The translations under genes were made by a program, and so were the position numbers. Positions 1 through 12,146 of a stretch of 64,000 bases of DNA are shown here, one piece after another. Origin of the DNA: Mizuhopecten yessoensis (taxonomy: Eukaryota); assembly GCF_002113885.1 (NCBI RefSeq), contig NW_018408252.1, forward strand, positions 389,188 through 453,187, in the 5' to 3' direction. Every line of letters begins with the position of its first letter. Position 1 is the first letter of the stretch. A model generated the notes under the pieces. The model was given only the letters and a program-made list of their open reading frames with translations, was not told the origin of the DNA and did not search any database.

Positions 1-59
1 TTTCTTCAACAATTTAAAAATCCATCAAGTCTGATAATATAAACAACACTAAAGACATG

Positions 60-235
60 GCTACATTTGAATATTATGGGCCAAGACAATTTAATATCAT
101 AATTTGTCAGCTAATAAATCATGCCAGCAACCCTAATAGTGACTTGTTTATGGATCATCTAAATAACACACCTGTATGTAGATGTGGACATGAAAATGAA
201 AATGCGTTTCATTTTATATTTGAATGCAATTAGTA
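60..235 (+). mobile_element. Decayed 3' end of CR1/L2-type LINE ORF2
   Basis: Reads NIIICQLINHASNPNSDLFMDHLNNTPVCRCGHENENAFHFIFECN, aligning with NIILCQLRNSCSNLNSDLHHDHLTNSPACTCSAEHETVSHYFLQC in the LINE ORF at 10762-11475. Confidence 0.75.
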
Positions 236-649
236 CTTAACATTTCTCAATTTGGTATAACCGATAACCAGGATAATTTTAATCTAAGAACCCTAATGGG
301 TGCTTAATATGCAGCACTGCTATCAACATATTCATTTTACAAAGTATATCTGTATACCTTTGTCACTTCATCCGTTCCTCGTCAATCCTGACGATTTAAT
401 CCCCGCCAAAGTGTCTGGATAATATACCAGCGTGATTACTGAGGTACACTTTAATATACTGAATAGAAGTGTTTCTGTTAATACCTAGGCAACTCTGCTA
501 ATGAGGACTTGATGAACAACATATAGCCGAAGAAGAAGTAACGTATAACGCTTTATTTAATCAGATGTACAATGTCTAAACACAGTGTAAATACCTGTTT
601 GCGTCTGATCATCAGACCTATTCTATTGAAACAGGAGAGGAGAAATGCA

Positions 650-722
650 CGGCCAGACCGGGGTTCGAACCAGGGACCCTCCGATCTCTAGACGGACGCT
701 CTACAAGTTGAGCTATCTGGTC
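650..722 (-). mobile_element. tRNA-derived SINE head / tRNA pseudogene, with a partial direct repeat at ~888-975
   Basis: 73-nt cloverleaf GACCAGA-TA-GCTC..GAGC-G-TCCGT-CTAGAGA-TCGGA-GGGTC-CCTGG-TTCGAAC-CCCGG-TCTGGCC. It has stem mismatches, no D-loop GG, and anticodon AGA without the long Ser variable arm. A related head lies at ~42920-42990. Confidence 0.65.
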
Positions 723-1050
723 GCCGACAATTAATCGACCCAGTCTAGTTCCGCTTCATTCCTACCTTCTTTTTCTAAGTCTTCGCACCCGAAGACACAA
801 CTATTTACAACTCATGTTCGGGTATCCCCTTGCCAAGGTTACAATGCTTGAAACAAGGGTTGGTCACAGGCACTACTGTAAAAGGTGAGGAAAAATGCAC
901 GGCCAGACCGGGGTTCGAACCCGGGACCCTCCGATCTCTAGACGGACGCTCTACAAGTCGGTCTAGTTCCGCTACACTAGTATAAAAAGCACAGATTTAG
1001 TTTTCGGAAAAAATATCCAACTATTGCTAAAAAGATTTGTTAAATACAAC

Positions 1051-1735
1051 TTAGAGCATGAAGAGTGATAGGACGATCATACAGCCAACAGTCGACACAC
1101 GAGAGATTACAGCTGAAACACCGTTTGTTCTGTCTCCTTCATCCTCAATGGCGGCGAACATCCGCGCAGGCGCACCAGTTCCTCCCTTAAACTTGATCAT
1201 AGGGACATAGACAAAAGAACCACTGTCGGGAAGTTTGTCCATATTTGCCACATTTTCGATTATAAGGATTCCTTCCTTCGTCACCAGTTGATGAACTGGG
1301 AACGATGTGCTCCGTCCGTAGTCAGCTGAGGGTGTGTCGGACCCTAGGGCATGTACGTCACGCTTGTTGACAAGCCATTGCGCAGCACTCTCGTGGAAGC
1401 CAGGGAAGTGGAGCGATGAATGGTCCTCTTTGTATGTTGAGGAGTTGAAGACTCGTACAAAATCAGGATAACGGGAGCCCCAGCCAGAGTTCATCAGTAC
1501 AATAGCTCCTGATGGAATTGGGCCGTGATTTTCCTCCCATGCCATCAGATCTAGGTCAGTTACTCGATAGTCTATGTTACTGGCGACCTTGGCCTTGACA
1601 TTGATCACCACACCCGGACCCATCAGCTGTTCCATCTTGATCTGATGTGCCTGCAGGCCCCCCTTTGCGAAGTGATTAGGAGAGTCTACATGCGTGCCCG
1701 TGTGTTCTGCAAATTCCACGTTTCCATACTGCACC
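1051..1735 (-). CDS. Cyclase-family (KynB/isatin hydrolase-like) metal-dependent amidohydrolase, coding exon 2
   Basis: HTGTHVDSPNH matches HxGTHxDxPxH; also FPG, GSDTPSAD, FPVH, IIENVAN and GGTGAPAR. Acceptor tgtgcag|G completes the Trp codon with exon 1. Hydrophobic C-terminus. Confidence 0.92.
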
Positions 1736-1854
1736 CTGCACATATGATAAAATATACAGTTTGAATATTGCATTTCTATAAAATTATTTTCTTAGTTTGC
1801 AAATTACACTGTTTTCTAATAACAATTTTTAGAATATAGCGTTCTTATTGTTTA

Positions 1855-1897
1855 TAAACCTGAAGAGCCCTGTGAAGGGTGAAAGCAGCTAGTTTTT
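1855..1897 (+). ncRNA. Candidate minimal type I hammerhead ribozyme
   Basis: AAAC-CTGAAGA-GCCCT(GTGA)AGGGT-GAAA-GCAGC-TA-GTTT: intact core, GNRA-capped stem II, 4-bp stem I, near-palindromic stem III. Confidence 0.45.
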
Positions 1898-1959
1898 TAG
1901 TCGGTCGTTAATCATATTTTTTCTATATATATAACACAAGACATAAATATTGACATTTT

Positions 1960-3425
1960 GAGTGAACATTCATAGATAACGTAAGAAATATTGAGTCAAA
2001 ATTTATAGATAACAGGAAACATATTGAGTCAAAACTTATAGATAACAGGTAACATGTTGAGTGACTTTTCATGTCAACATTTATAGGAAACAAGACATGT
2101 CAAGTCAATATTTATAGATAACATAGGACAGGTCAAGTCAACATTTATAGATAGCGTAAAACATGTCATGTCAACATTTATAGATAACATAAGACATGTC
2201 AAGTCAACATTTATAGATAACATAAGACAGGTCAAGTCAACATTTATAGAAAGCGTAAAACATGTCATGTCAACATTTATAGATAACATGAGACATGTCA
2301 AGTCAACATTTATATATAACATGAGACATGTCATGTCAACATTTATATATAACATGAGACATGTCATGTCAACATTTATAGAAAACATAAGACATGTCAA
2401 GTCAACATTTATAGATAACATAAGACATGTCAAGTCAACATTTATAGATAACATAACACATGTCATGTCAACATTTACAGATAACATAAGACATGTCAAG
2501 TCAATATTTACAGATAAAATAAGACGTCAAGTCAACATTTATAGATAACATAAGACATGTCAAGTCAACATTTACAGATAAAATCAGACATGTCAAGTCA
2601 ACATTTATAAATAACATAAGACATGTCCTGTCAACATTTATAGATAACATAACACATGTCCTGTCAACATTTACAGATAACATAAGACATGTCAGTCAAC
2701 ATTTAAAGATAACATAAGACATGTCAGGTCAACATTTATACATAACATAAGTCATGTCCTGTCAACACTTAAAGATAACATAAGACATGTCAAGTCAACA
2801 TTTATAAATAACATAAGACATGTCCTGTCAACATTTACAGATAACATAAGACATGTCAGTCAACATTTAAAGATAACATAAGACATGTCAGGTCAACATT
2901 TATACACAACATAAGTCATGTCAAGTCAACATTTAAAGATAATATGAGACATGTCAAGACAACATTTATAAATAACATAAGACATGTCATGTCAACATTT
3001 ACAGATAACATAAGACATGTCAAGTCAACATTTAACGATAATATAAAACATGTCAGGTCAACATTTATACATAACATAAGTCATGTCAAGTCAACATTTA
3101 AAGATAATATGAGACATGTCAAGTCAACATTTATATATAACATAAGACATGTCAGGTCAACATTTATACATAACATCAGTCATGTCAAGTCAACATATAT
3201 AGATAACATAAGACATGTCCTGTCAACACTTAAAGATAATATAAGACATGTCAAGTCAACATTTATAGATAACCTAAGACATGTCATGTCAACATTTATA
3301 GATAGCATAAGACATGTCAAGTCAACACTTAAAGATAACATAAGACATGTCAGGTCAACATTAATAGATAACATAAGACATGTCACGTCGACATGTATAG
3401 ATAACATGAGACATGTAAAGTGAAC
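1960..3425. repeat. 33-bp intronic minisatellite, about 44 diverged copies
   Basis: Unit acatgtcaagtcaacatttatagataacataag, giving 11-aa periodicity in spurious ORFs. Confidence 0.95.
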
Positions 3426-3831
3426 AATTATACATAAGACACTTTTCGTAGTGTTGAACTGTTTTGTATAACAAATAAAGTTGTAGCATTTAGGAAACTT
3501 GTTGTATTGAGGATTGTGTTATCTTAAGTATACACTTGTGTTTCTGTATTGAACGGTGATTTAATGCTGTATTAAAAGGTAAATACTGTCAATCTAATTA
3601 TTTTCAGGAGTACTAATCGAAAGATTTTCAGTTTGAGAACATTTTTTCGTGAGAACTTCAAATTCGCGAAAATAACAGCTATATGTAGCGTCTTTTGACA
3701 TAACTTATTGAGCAAAATGACTATAATTTAACTAGCTATATATACGGATCGTATTTTACTGTTTTCATAAGTCCTTATTCGCTTTAGTTTAATTAAACAT
3801 TTTGAAGCGACGACACCAATGCTATACGTAC

Positions 3832-4004
3832 CATGGAACAGTGCCGTATGGACCTTCGTGCTGAACGGAGAGGTTGAATCTTGGATTATTGGGATATGTT
3901 AAGGTGTCGTGGTCCATGTCATACGAGAGGTCAACAACTCTCCGAGTGTGAACTCCGGGTATGAAGATAGTCATAGCCGAACAAATTAACACGAATCCAA
4001 CCAT
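3832..4004 (-). CDS. Cyclase-family amidohydrolase, coding exon 1 (signal peptide plus VVDLSY motif)
   Basis: MVGFVLICSAMTIFIPGVHT-RRVVDLSYDMD..TYP. Donor TG|gtacgt is phase 2 and matches exon 2, giving about 285 aa. Confidence 0.88.
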
Positions 4005-4874
4005 TTCTACTTCTTCAATTATTTTCTATATAAAGAATTGGTTGCAATGTTCCAGAAATAAAGCACTTTCTTCTCACATTAAATAATACACTGGTTTGAA
4101 TTTCCTTCAAATATAGAGTATTTTCGAAAGCTCAGAAAAACATTAATTCTGCAGACGTTGGAGAAAGATACAGATCATATGGTGCTCGTCACATATACAC
4201 CCCGTGAACATGCTTACATTCCACGAGGAATAACGTACAATATAAATACTCGTACGGGTTTCCCATACTTGAGCATACTATAAAACATGGTCTGGTCTGA
4301 ATGAAATTTTCATATAGTTCATATCACTATTGATCACTAAATTCAGCGATACCTAGTTCCTATGATTTTTTTTTATGCTTCGATGAGGGGGACAGGGTAG
4401 CCGTATCAGGCAACACTCAATGTTGAAACAAACCGACACACAATTTAATCCTGATTCATTCACCTTTTACTCTATACAATAAGACCAGACCAGACCAGAT
4501 CATGTTTTAAAGCATACAGGCGAATGCCACTATTTAGCTTAACACATATGTTTGCACACGTGTAAATTCCAAACTAATTAATTAAAAATCAACATTTTAT
4601 CACTCAACCCTCAAAATAAAAATTGGTTTCCGTGTAAGCTTTCAGTTATCCTGCATACAAGCTATTTCTCCTGGCACGAAAGCATAAGGTGTTAGGCTAC
4701 TCCCACCTGGTAACACACATGAAGAAAGCCGAAGATATAAAGCAGTATGTTTTCATTAGACTTCTAGCGTGATGTATGTAAATGTAAACGGAGAAGATGC
4801 TGTTAAAGTTGTGACTGTAATCAACCATTAAGTCCTCAAAACGAAGGTGGTCGACTTATTGTTTTATTTCTTTT

Positions 4875-5250
4875 CTTCTTTCTGATCTCTTGGACCTCCG
4901 ACTTATCAGAGTTTTCCTTTTTTAACCTCTTGGACATCCTACAAAACATATGTCTTCTTCTGACCTCTCTGACCTCCGACCAATCAGGGTTCTTCTTTTT
5001 AGCCCCTTGGACATCCGACCAATTAGAGGTTTTCTTCTCTCTGACCTCTTGGACCTCCGACCAATCAGCGGTCTTATTTCCTTCTGACCTCTCTGACCTC
5101 CGACCAATCAGAGTTTTCCTTTTTTAACCTCTTAGACATCCTACCAATCAGGTATCTTCTTCCTTCTGACCTCTCTGACCTCCAACCAATCAGAGTTCTT
5201 CTTTTTAACCTTTTGGACATCCGACCAATCAGAGATCTTCTTCTCTTCTT
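4875..5250. repeat. Degenerate ~35-40 bp tandem repeat containing CCAAT
   Basis: Recurrent gacctccgaccaatcagagttttcttttt. Confidence 0.85.
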
Positions 5251-6637
5251 CTCCGCTAGTACTCCTAGAGGCCTACAGTTTGCCTGAGATCATTTTAATA
5301 AGTAAAGGAAACACGAAGAAGTCACAGGGACTAACCTATAGTGAATCAAGTAGGTGGGCAATCTGTACTACTTTCTCGTGCAATGAAAAGGTGGAATGAG
5401 TGAAGCGTTACAATATTGCTTCTATGGGATGAAGCATTGGCGTGATGTCATTCATCAATCCTTTACTTGGACGCTTTTTAATGTAGAATCTTTGTACATA
5501 CTTCAGTTATTCGTCTCTGACAGTGGTAGTATTTCCTTTCGTGCATGATATCTAAACAACAGGCTCACTAGAATTTTAAAAAAAAACATCTTTGTGCCCG
5601 ATTGACAAATACAGAACTTTCTTGACGCTTTTTCTTTATTTCTCGACGACCATTGTCGACTATGCGCCTCTGGTGTTTAAATAAAAAATAGACCCAGGTC
5701 TCATCCCTGGTAATTTAGTAACTCAGATAGGTTTCTGGAGGCGCAATTATCGCACTCATATTTTGGCCTTCTGCTCAAATATCAGCAACTAGGCGATCAA
5801 TCTGACACAAAGCTTCTTTAATTTTAAGCACTCTGTCAGAATATGATGTGTACTGCCTTCTGAAATGCCAATTATTGACCATCATCTTTAAGGAGGTTTT
5901 ACCCTTTTGCAATAAACCAGCAGAATTCGTTGAAATTTTCACAAAATGGTTTTGCAACTGTGTAGAGGTTATTTGATAAAAAGCTAATCATTCCAATAGA
6001 CTGGGGATTTTTTGGAACAAAAATACAAAACAAAATAATAGGATTTTTCCTTCAATTTCATTTTTTTTTAATTATTTTGGTGGGAGGCATTGTTTGGAAC
6101 AATAATAATAATAAAAAATAATGAAAACAAACATTACCGATTAAACCTACACTTAATTTCTTTATCACAAAATATATAAAACGCGTTACACAAAGTGTTT
6201 TTATTGAAATTTTACAGATAAAACCAAACAGGATACAAAGTTTCTTACAGACAATGTGGAAAATTGAACAAAATAAACACAACGGTTTTAAATTAATTAA
6301 CTTTACATTTTTTTATCACTTGTTCCAGGTGAGAGTTGTCTTCCTTGAAAAAATCGGAACTTTTTGCAGAGGGATTAAATTTACACAATGGCACTTTATA
6401 GATACATCAAAAATGCTGGAAATAAATCAAAATTAGGTTATCAAAATTGCCATTTTATTGTTCTTTTTTGGAACCAAAATACTCTCAATCATGTATACAT
6501 TTGACATCATTCCACAGCCTGCTAACAAATGATATATTTACTTGTCGGGTACATATGTGACCAGTTCACACGTACACTTACACATGCATTTTCATAGAGA
6601 TCTTGGTATTTTACAAACCACTATTTTCACAGAGTAC

Positions 6638-6982
6638 CAGGGGCGGGTCCAGGTGAGGGCTCGTAATCTGCTAATTTTGTATTGAATATGGCAATTTATC
6701 ATATTCATTAATTAAACAAATACTCTGATTTCTTTTTATACTGATTCCCCCATCCGAAGGGTGATCCGTAAAATTTCGTTTCTCCGCCGTATTCGACTCT
6801 GCGATTAGTATCCATTGTTGTTGACCACGTGATATAGTGAAATCGTTACATTAGTGCATTTCACAATTATTTTATGTGTTGTTTTGCAGTGATGAAAGGT
6901 CCAAACATTTTTTCGCCTCGATCCGCTCTGCGAAAGCTTTTATTCTACGCCCCCTCTTTCAAAATTCCTATAAACGCCCCTG
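6638..6982. mobile_element. Short TIR element (hAT-like MITE)
   Basis: Termini caggggcg / cgcccctg, flanked on both sides by agtac. Confidence 0.55.
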
Positions 6983-8157
6983 AGTACGTGCACTGCGTTT
7001 GTATAAACGACGATTTACTCGACAGAGAGTAACTCGCTCTACAGCGAAAATCTAATGACCTCGAGATTGGTGAAATGGTGTAAGCACATGATATGCACAT
7101 GTGAGGTCGGTACACGAAACACATCAGTCTGCATTCCATGTGATTCATGTATGACCTTCGTGAAGTCGTCTGGTCTCGCGTCAGTGTCTTTCCATGTGTC
7201 AATTTATGTCTTTGTATCGGAAGCTTTATTTCTGAAGTACGTGTCGTTACATTTTTCCCAGTAAAGTCTCGATATCGAGTGTTGACATATCATCGTCACG
7301 CACGTGTACTATTATTGTTTACCCGGTGTTACTATAGTTTACACTACGGCATTGAAATGCCCGATAAGCAATACGGAAATGACGACACGACAAAAAGTCG
7401 ACAAGAAAAACATCTGTATTACGAAGAGTGGGATGTCCTTAATTATTGCTTTAGCAGTAGCAATGCTTTCTTCGGTGCGTCATCAATTCTGTCGGATTGT
7501 CGAAATTATTCACGTGTATTGTTCTTTGATTGTTGTTACATGCCTTAGGGACCGGAAAATTTGTTACAGCTATATTTGGACCGAAACTAAGGTGCTCAAG
7601 TAATTTTACATGTTTTGAGGGTTTAGATCGACTTTCGGTAAAAATGACACCCCCATGCAATGATATATGGGTGGAAAGCTCTCAATGTCGAAAAGCCTAC
7701 CCTGCCTAACTTTCTTGCATCAAAACAACTTTTTTAATTGATCTACGGAGAAATGCTTAGTATCGTTGGAAACATGTATAATTTTTCTTTTGGCCTCATA
7801 TATGCACGTAAAATGTATTCTCCTATCGCGGACATGATCTCCGTTGCCTCCAAAAACACACGCCATTTTAGAGTTTCAAAGTTTTTCGAAGTCATCGTTT
7901 AACCTTTTGGTAGAAGGAGAATAGATTTTACGTGCATATATTCTATAGCCCGTTTGTATGGGAGCTGTGTGGTGACATAATTGATTGGAAGGCCCTCGTA
8001 AATATTAACAATATTTAATCAGAATCGAGCCATGTTGGACTAATTCATTGTGCGGAAAACCGTCAATCAGAGCGCAGTATGTTTATTTATGTAACGTAGA
8101 TTTCGCTTAACATCGAACTCGTCCTCAGTCGTTGTCTGTATATTGTACTTGCTTACC

Positions 8158-8329
8158 AAAGGAGGGTGCCAATTTTGGCCTTCTGGTGGCTATTACCGAT
8201 ACGTTGTATTTTTTGCATATACATACCTTGGGGTAATGCCATCATGATATGACATGAAATTAAGGTCAGCATGGAGACCATTCCGAGATATGAGGGGGTA
8301 AAGTGGGGGACCAAAATCACAAATGGATG

Positions 8330-8373
<44 letters not shown>

Positions 8374-8420
8374 ATTACGTTATTTTTTAAAAGTTTCTTC
8401 ATCATTTTGGTGATTTGGTC
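8158..8420 (+). repeat. Dispersed repeat, probably a DNA-transposon end; second copy at ~31300-31530
   Basis: Shared gggtgccaatt..ggccttctggtg..catacct..gggtaaagtgggggaccaaa. This copy has an expanded poly-T (8331-8368). Confidence 0.75.
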
Positions 8421-10414
8421 ATATAGAGAAGGCCGATCTTAGTAACAGTTTTATGCATATTGTCATAATTCCTCAATAACTTATTACAAAAAAAAAGATA
8501 ATTGTCTTTATAGTTCTGTATGTCATTATGGTGTATTGTGTTCATTCGCAGATTATCTCATCAGCAAAGGCAAGCTACTGCCGCACCACCTTGTACGATA
8601 TAATCTTTATCATTGCACAATTCAGAGTCTTCCTCCTTTTCTAGATAAATGGTATTTTTTTCATATAATGTCAAGTACAGCTCAGTTTAATTTTCCATTT
8701 TAAGAGAGTCTTTCTCAGATTCCTTCTAAATGTTATCGCTGTGTTATAGAATAAGAAAAATCTGAAGCCATGCCTAACTATACATTTTCATTTCAGTTGA
8801 GATTCAACAGCTGCCAAGTTGTTTGTGAGAGCTGAAGACACGACGTAGAACCAGACGAGAACTTGAACCCAAGTATCCAGAGTCTACAAAAATGGCAATC
8901 AAGCTACATCTGTCCAACCTAGGGGGCTTAACAAGTTGACCTTAGGTATCACCAATATCATTTATACTGGTCACTGATCTGGTATCACGGAACCGTATAT
9001 TTGTGACTTCATATGATGTCAATAAAATGCAGTTTGCAAAAATGAGTATGTGATAATTAAAACCAGTGTCAGTGTTTGAAAGCAACATGATTCTAATAAG
9101 AGAGTGGCAGATATGGAGGAGAAAACAGTAAACACTGGTCGGAAGTTAATCGGAATTGAGAACATTGATATTATGATTCACTGCCACAACATAACGTACG
9201 CATTTTCCTTTGCAATTTGCTGTTATTGTATTCCAGCAATTGAGTTGGTTTTGAGAACAGCTACATTGTATATTGCTCTTAGAGGCCCTGTTCGGAGCGA
9301 TACTTACTCAAAGCAATCGCTGCTTCATAATGACCTAATCTTGTGATGTAGATGCGACAGTTTACATATTAGTATTAACGGCATACCGCCCCCCCCCCCC
9401 TCCCCCATACAAAAATGCATTCATATCATTAAGTTCCCCAAGCCTTCTCTGACGGTGTGCTATCTTGCAGACCTGTTCCCCGTCTGTCACTACACCTATA
9501 AGGTCTATTGACAGATGAGGCTAGAAGCTGGGCCTGCTCCAACTTTATAAAAGACATAATTATGAAAATATCTGCTGTCGTTACGAAAGCAGGAACCACA
9601 GGTTAAGCTGATAATGCTGATAACATCTCCTCCTCTCATCTCTCCTCTCCCTTCCCCTTAGCGGTGAGTTGTGGATACTGATAGCACTGTCAACTTTTGA
9701 AATGTATTCCTTTGTCCCGACAACGTTTAGTAGAGACACAATATGTCTATATTGTATAGTTATTACCCCACATCTACTGCAATGCACAGTCCATCGATCA
9801 ATACAAATCGATCGAAAATAATCAATGATTACATGCATATCACAAAAAGCTTAATATTACATTCTACACAAATACCATCTAGCAGACGACACATGTTGTA
9901 GCGTATGCTGTGAATAGGCGTGTGTGCTAAATACCTCAAAACTTGTATTTCAATTTATTAACAGAGAATCAATTAACAAAAAGTTGGTTGTTTTTGTTTT
10001 TGTTTTTTATTTAATTTAACAACAATGGTATTAAGCCTACAATCAAGCATCACAGTATATTACCACGAATACAAACGGAGACCTCAAATGCGATTACAAG
10101 CTAAAGTTCGACAAAATTTCTGATCGAAGGCGAAAGTCTCTGGGATATAATTAGCCAAATGAACTAAAAAGGACGTCTTTCTATGTTAGCACTTAGATTA
10201 TATTTACTTGCCTATCATATAGTTCTTCTCATTTACGACTTAGTTGTTGATACATGAAAAACTTGTAAACAATAAAAGTTTTTTCGGGTGATTTATTTTA
10301 TATCTTTATTCAGCGAAAGGGGAATTACAGACTGAGTTTGTAAAGTAAATTAAGTAATACAAACTTATTCAAACTAATTCAATAGTATGCCGGCTATGCC
10401 CACGTATTGGGAAC

Positions 10415-10628
10415 ACGTGCGAGTATTATGTAAGCATGTTCACGGAGTGTATACGGTGACAGGCACCATATGATCCGTATCTTTCTCCGACGACCGCAGA
10501 ATTAATGTTTTCGGAAATACTCTATATTTGAAGTAATTTCCAAGAAGTGTATTATTTTAAGTGAGAAAAAAAAGTGATTTATTTCTAGAATTTTACAACC
10601 AGTTCTTTATATAGAAATAACTGAAAAG
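10415..10628 (+). pseudogene. Inverted paralogous copy of the cyclase gene 5' flank
   Basis: Reverse complement aligns with ~4015-4255 (e.g. gcaccatatgatc, attaatgtttt, tactctatatttgaag, ttctttatatagaaa). Confidence 0.85.
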
Positions 10629-10629
10629 G

Positions 10630-12070
10630 CTATCGGCTATGACTATCATATCTTGGAGTTGTTGACATATCGTATGACATTGACCAAACCAGCTTGACAT
10701 ATCCCTTTAATCCAAGATTCAACCTCTCGATCCAGCACGCAGGACCCTACGGCACTGTTCCATGGAACGTATAGCATTGGTGTCGTCGCTTCAAAATGTT
10801 CGAAAAGATCTTCTTGAATCTGTACAATTAGAAGCAGCCAGGATAATAACAGGTCTTCGTTCTGGGGTATCACATGACAAACTATACAATGAACTAGGTT
10901 GGGAAACACTATCTGTAAGACGAAATAAACACAAACATGTAATGATGTACAAAATTATGCATGGGCTGACACCTCAATACCTACAAAATGATTTAAATCC
11001 CTTTATTAATAATCAAAATGATAACCCCTACCCTCTCAGACAAACGAAGCTTTTTAGCCCACCGTTATGTAGAACTAATAACTATTTCAACAGTTTTTAC
11101 CCTCAAATGTGCCGCACAATTAACACTGTAAATTCTGATCTTCTTAATTCTCCCTCTCCTGCAGCATTAACAAATTATTTGAACAAAGATATTGTTTCTG
11201 ATAGTGAATCTGTATCAATTTTCAAAACAGAAGGTAACAGAAGAGCAAATATTATTCTATGTCAACTTCGAAACTCCTGTAGTAATTTAAATTCTGATTT
11301 ACACCATGACCATCTTACTAATAGTCCAGCTTGTACCTGCTCTGCTGAACATGAAACAGTATCTCATTACTTTTTGCAATGTCCTATTTTTAATAATCGA
11401 AGAACTAATTTGTTCACTTCTCTCAATAGTTATGGCAACCACAATCACATTGACCTGCTTGTGAGGGGCTTATAAAAGACGAATACTTGACGATGTGCAT
11501 ATTTTTATTGGAAAATCCCGTCGTTTTAATTTTTATATGACTTAAAGCCACGATGTACATGTTAAAACAAAAATATTATATATTACATCCAGGAGATTCT
11601 AGTTGAGCATACCTGACTATTGCATGTACTTATCTTGTCATTGTAAATAATTACACTCTATATGTATTAATTGAATTTATTATTTTGAATTGTAACAGAT
11701 GTTGGTAGTGACCTGTGCAATATATGCACATGGACTTTTGGTCTAAGCCTGCCAATATCTGTCTATAATAGTGTATATATATGCTGAAATAAACGTATTT
11801 GTACATGTACTTGTATGTGTGTGTAAGTGTGTATGAGGTGTGCGAGATGTTTCCTTCATGAGTTACTTCCCCTTAGCCTTGTGTTACCAATATGAATTAT
11901 TTTGTGTTAATTTTTTTTCATTTCCAACATGTCTAAACTATTATGTCTCATTGTTTATTCCACTTTGGCCATTTGACGGAGAGAATTTATATAGGCTTTG
12001 CCTGTTATTCTATCCATTTGACTATGACATCTTGTCAATACAATTTGATGAAATGAAAATGTTTAATTAA
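10630..12070 (+). mobile_element. 5'-truncated CR1/L2-group LINE (ORF2 C-terminus plus 3' UTR)
   Basis: LESVQLEAARIITGL..LYNELGWETLSVRR..MYKI..PQYL..YPLR and a C-terminal CxC..H..C. Sits where paralogue exon 1 should be. Confidence 0.88.
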
Positions 12071-12146
12071 ACTAAAGCGAATAAGGACTGATGAGAACAG
12101 TAAAATACAATCCGTATATATAGCAAGTGAAATTATAGTCATTTAA

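Noticed and set aside
650-722. Functional tRNA-Ser(AGA)
   Set aside because: No long variable arm, D-loop GG missing, three stem mismatches, and duplicated with SINE-like flanks.
2074-3423. Repetitive ORFs on both strands
   Set aside because: Products of the 33-bp minisatellite inside a phase-consistent intron; broken by indels.
1051-4004. Bacterial contamination or very recent horizontal transfer of kynB
   Set aside because: Spliceosomal intron, local paralogue and host repeats all around. An ancient origin cannot be judged without a phylogeny.
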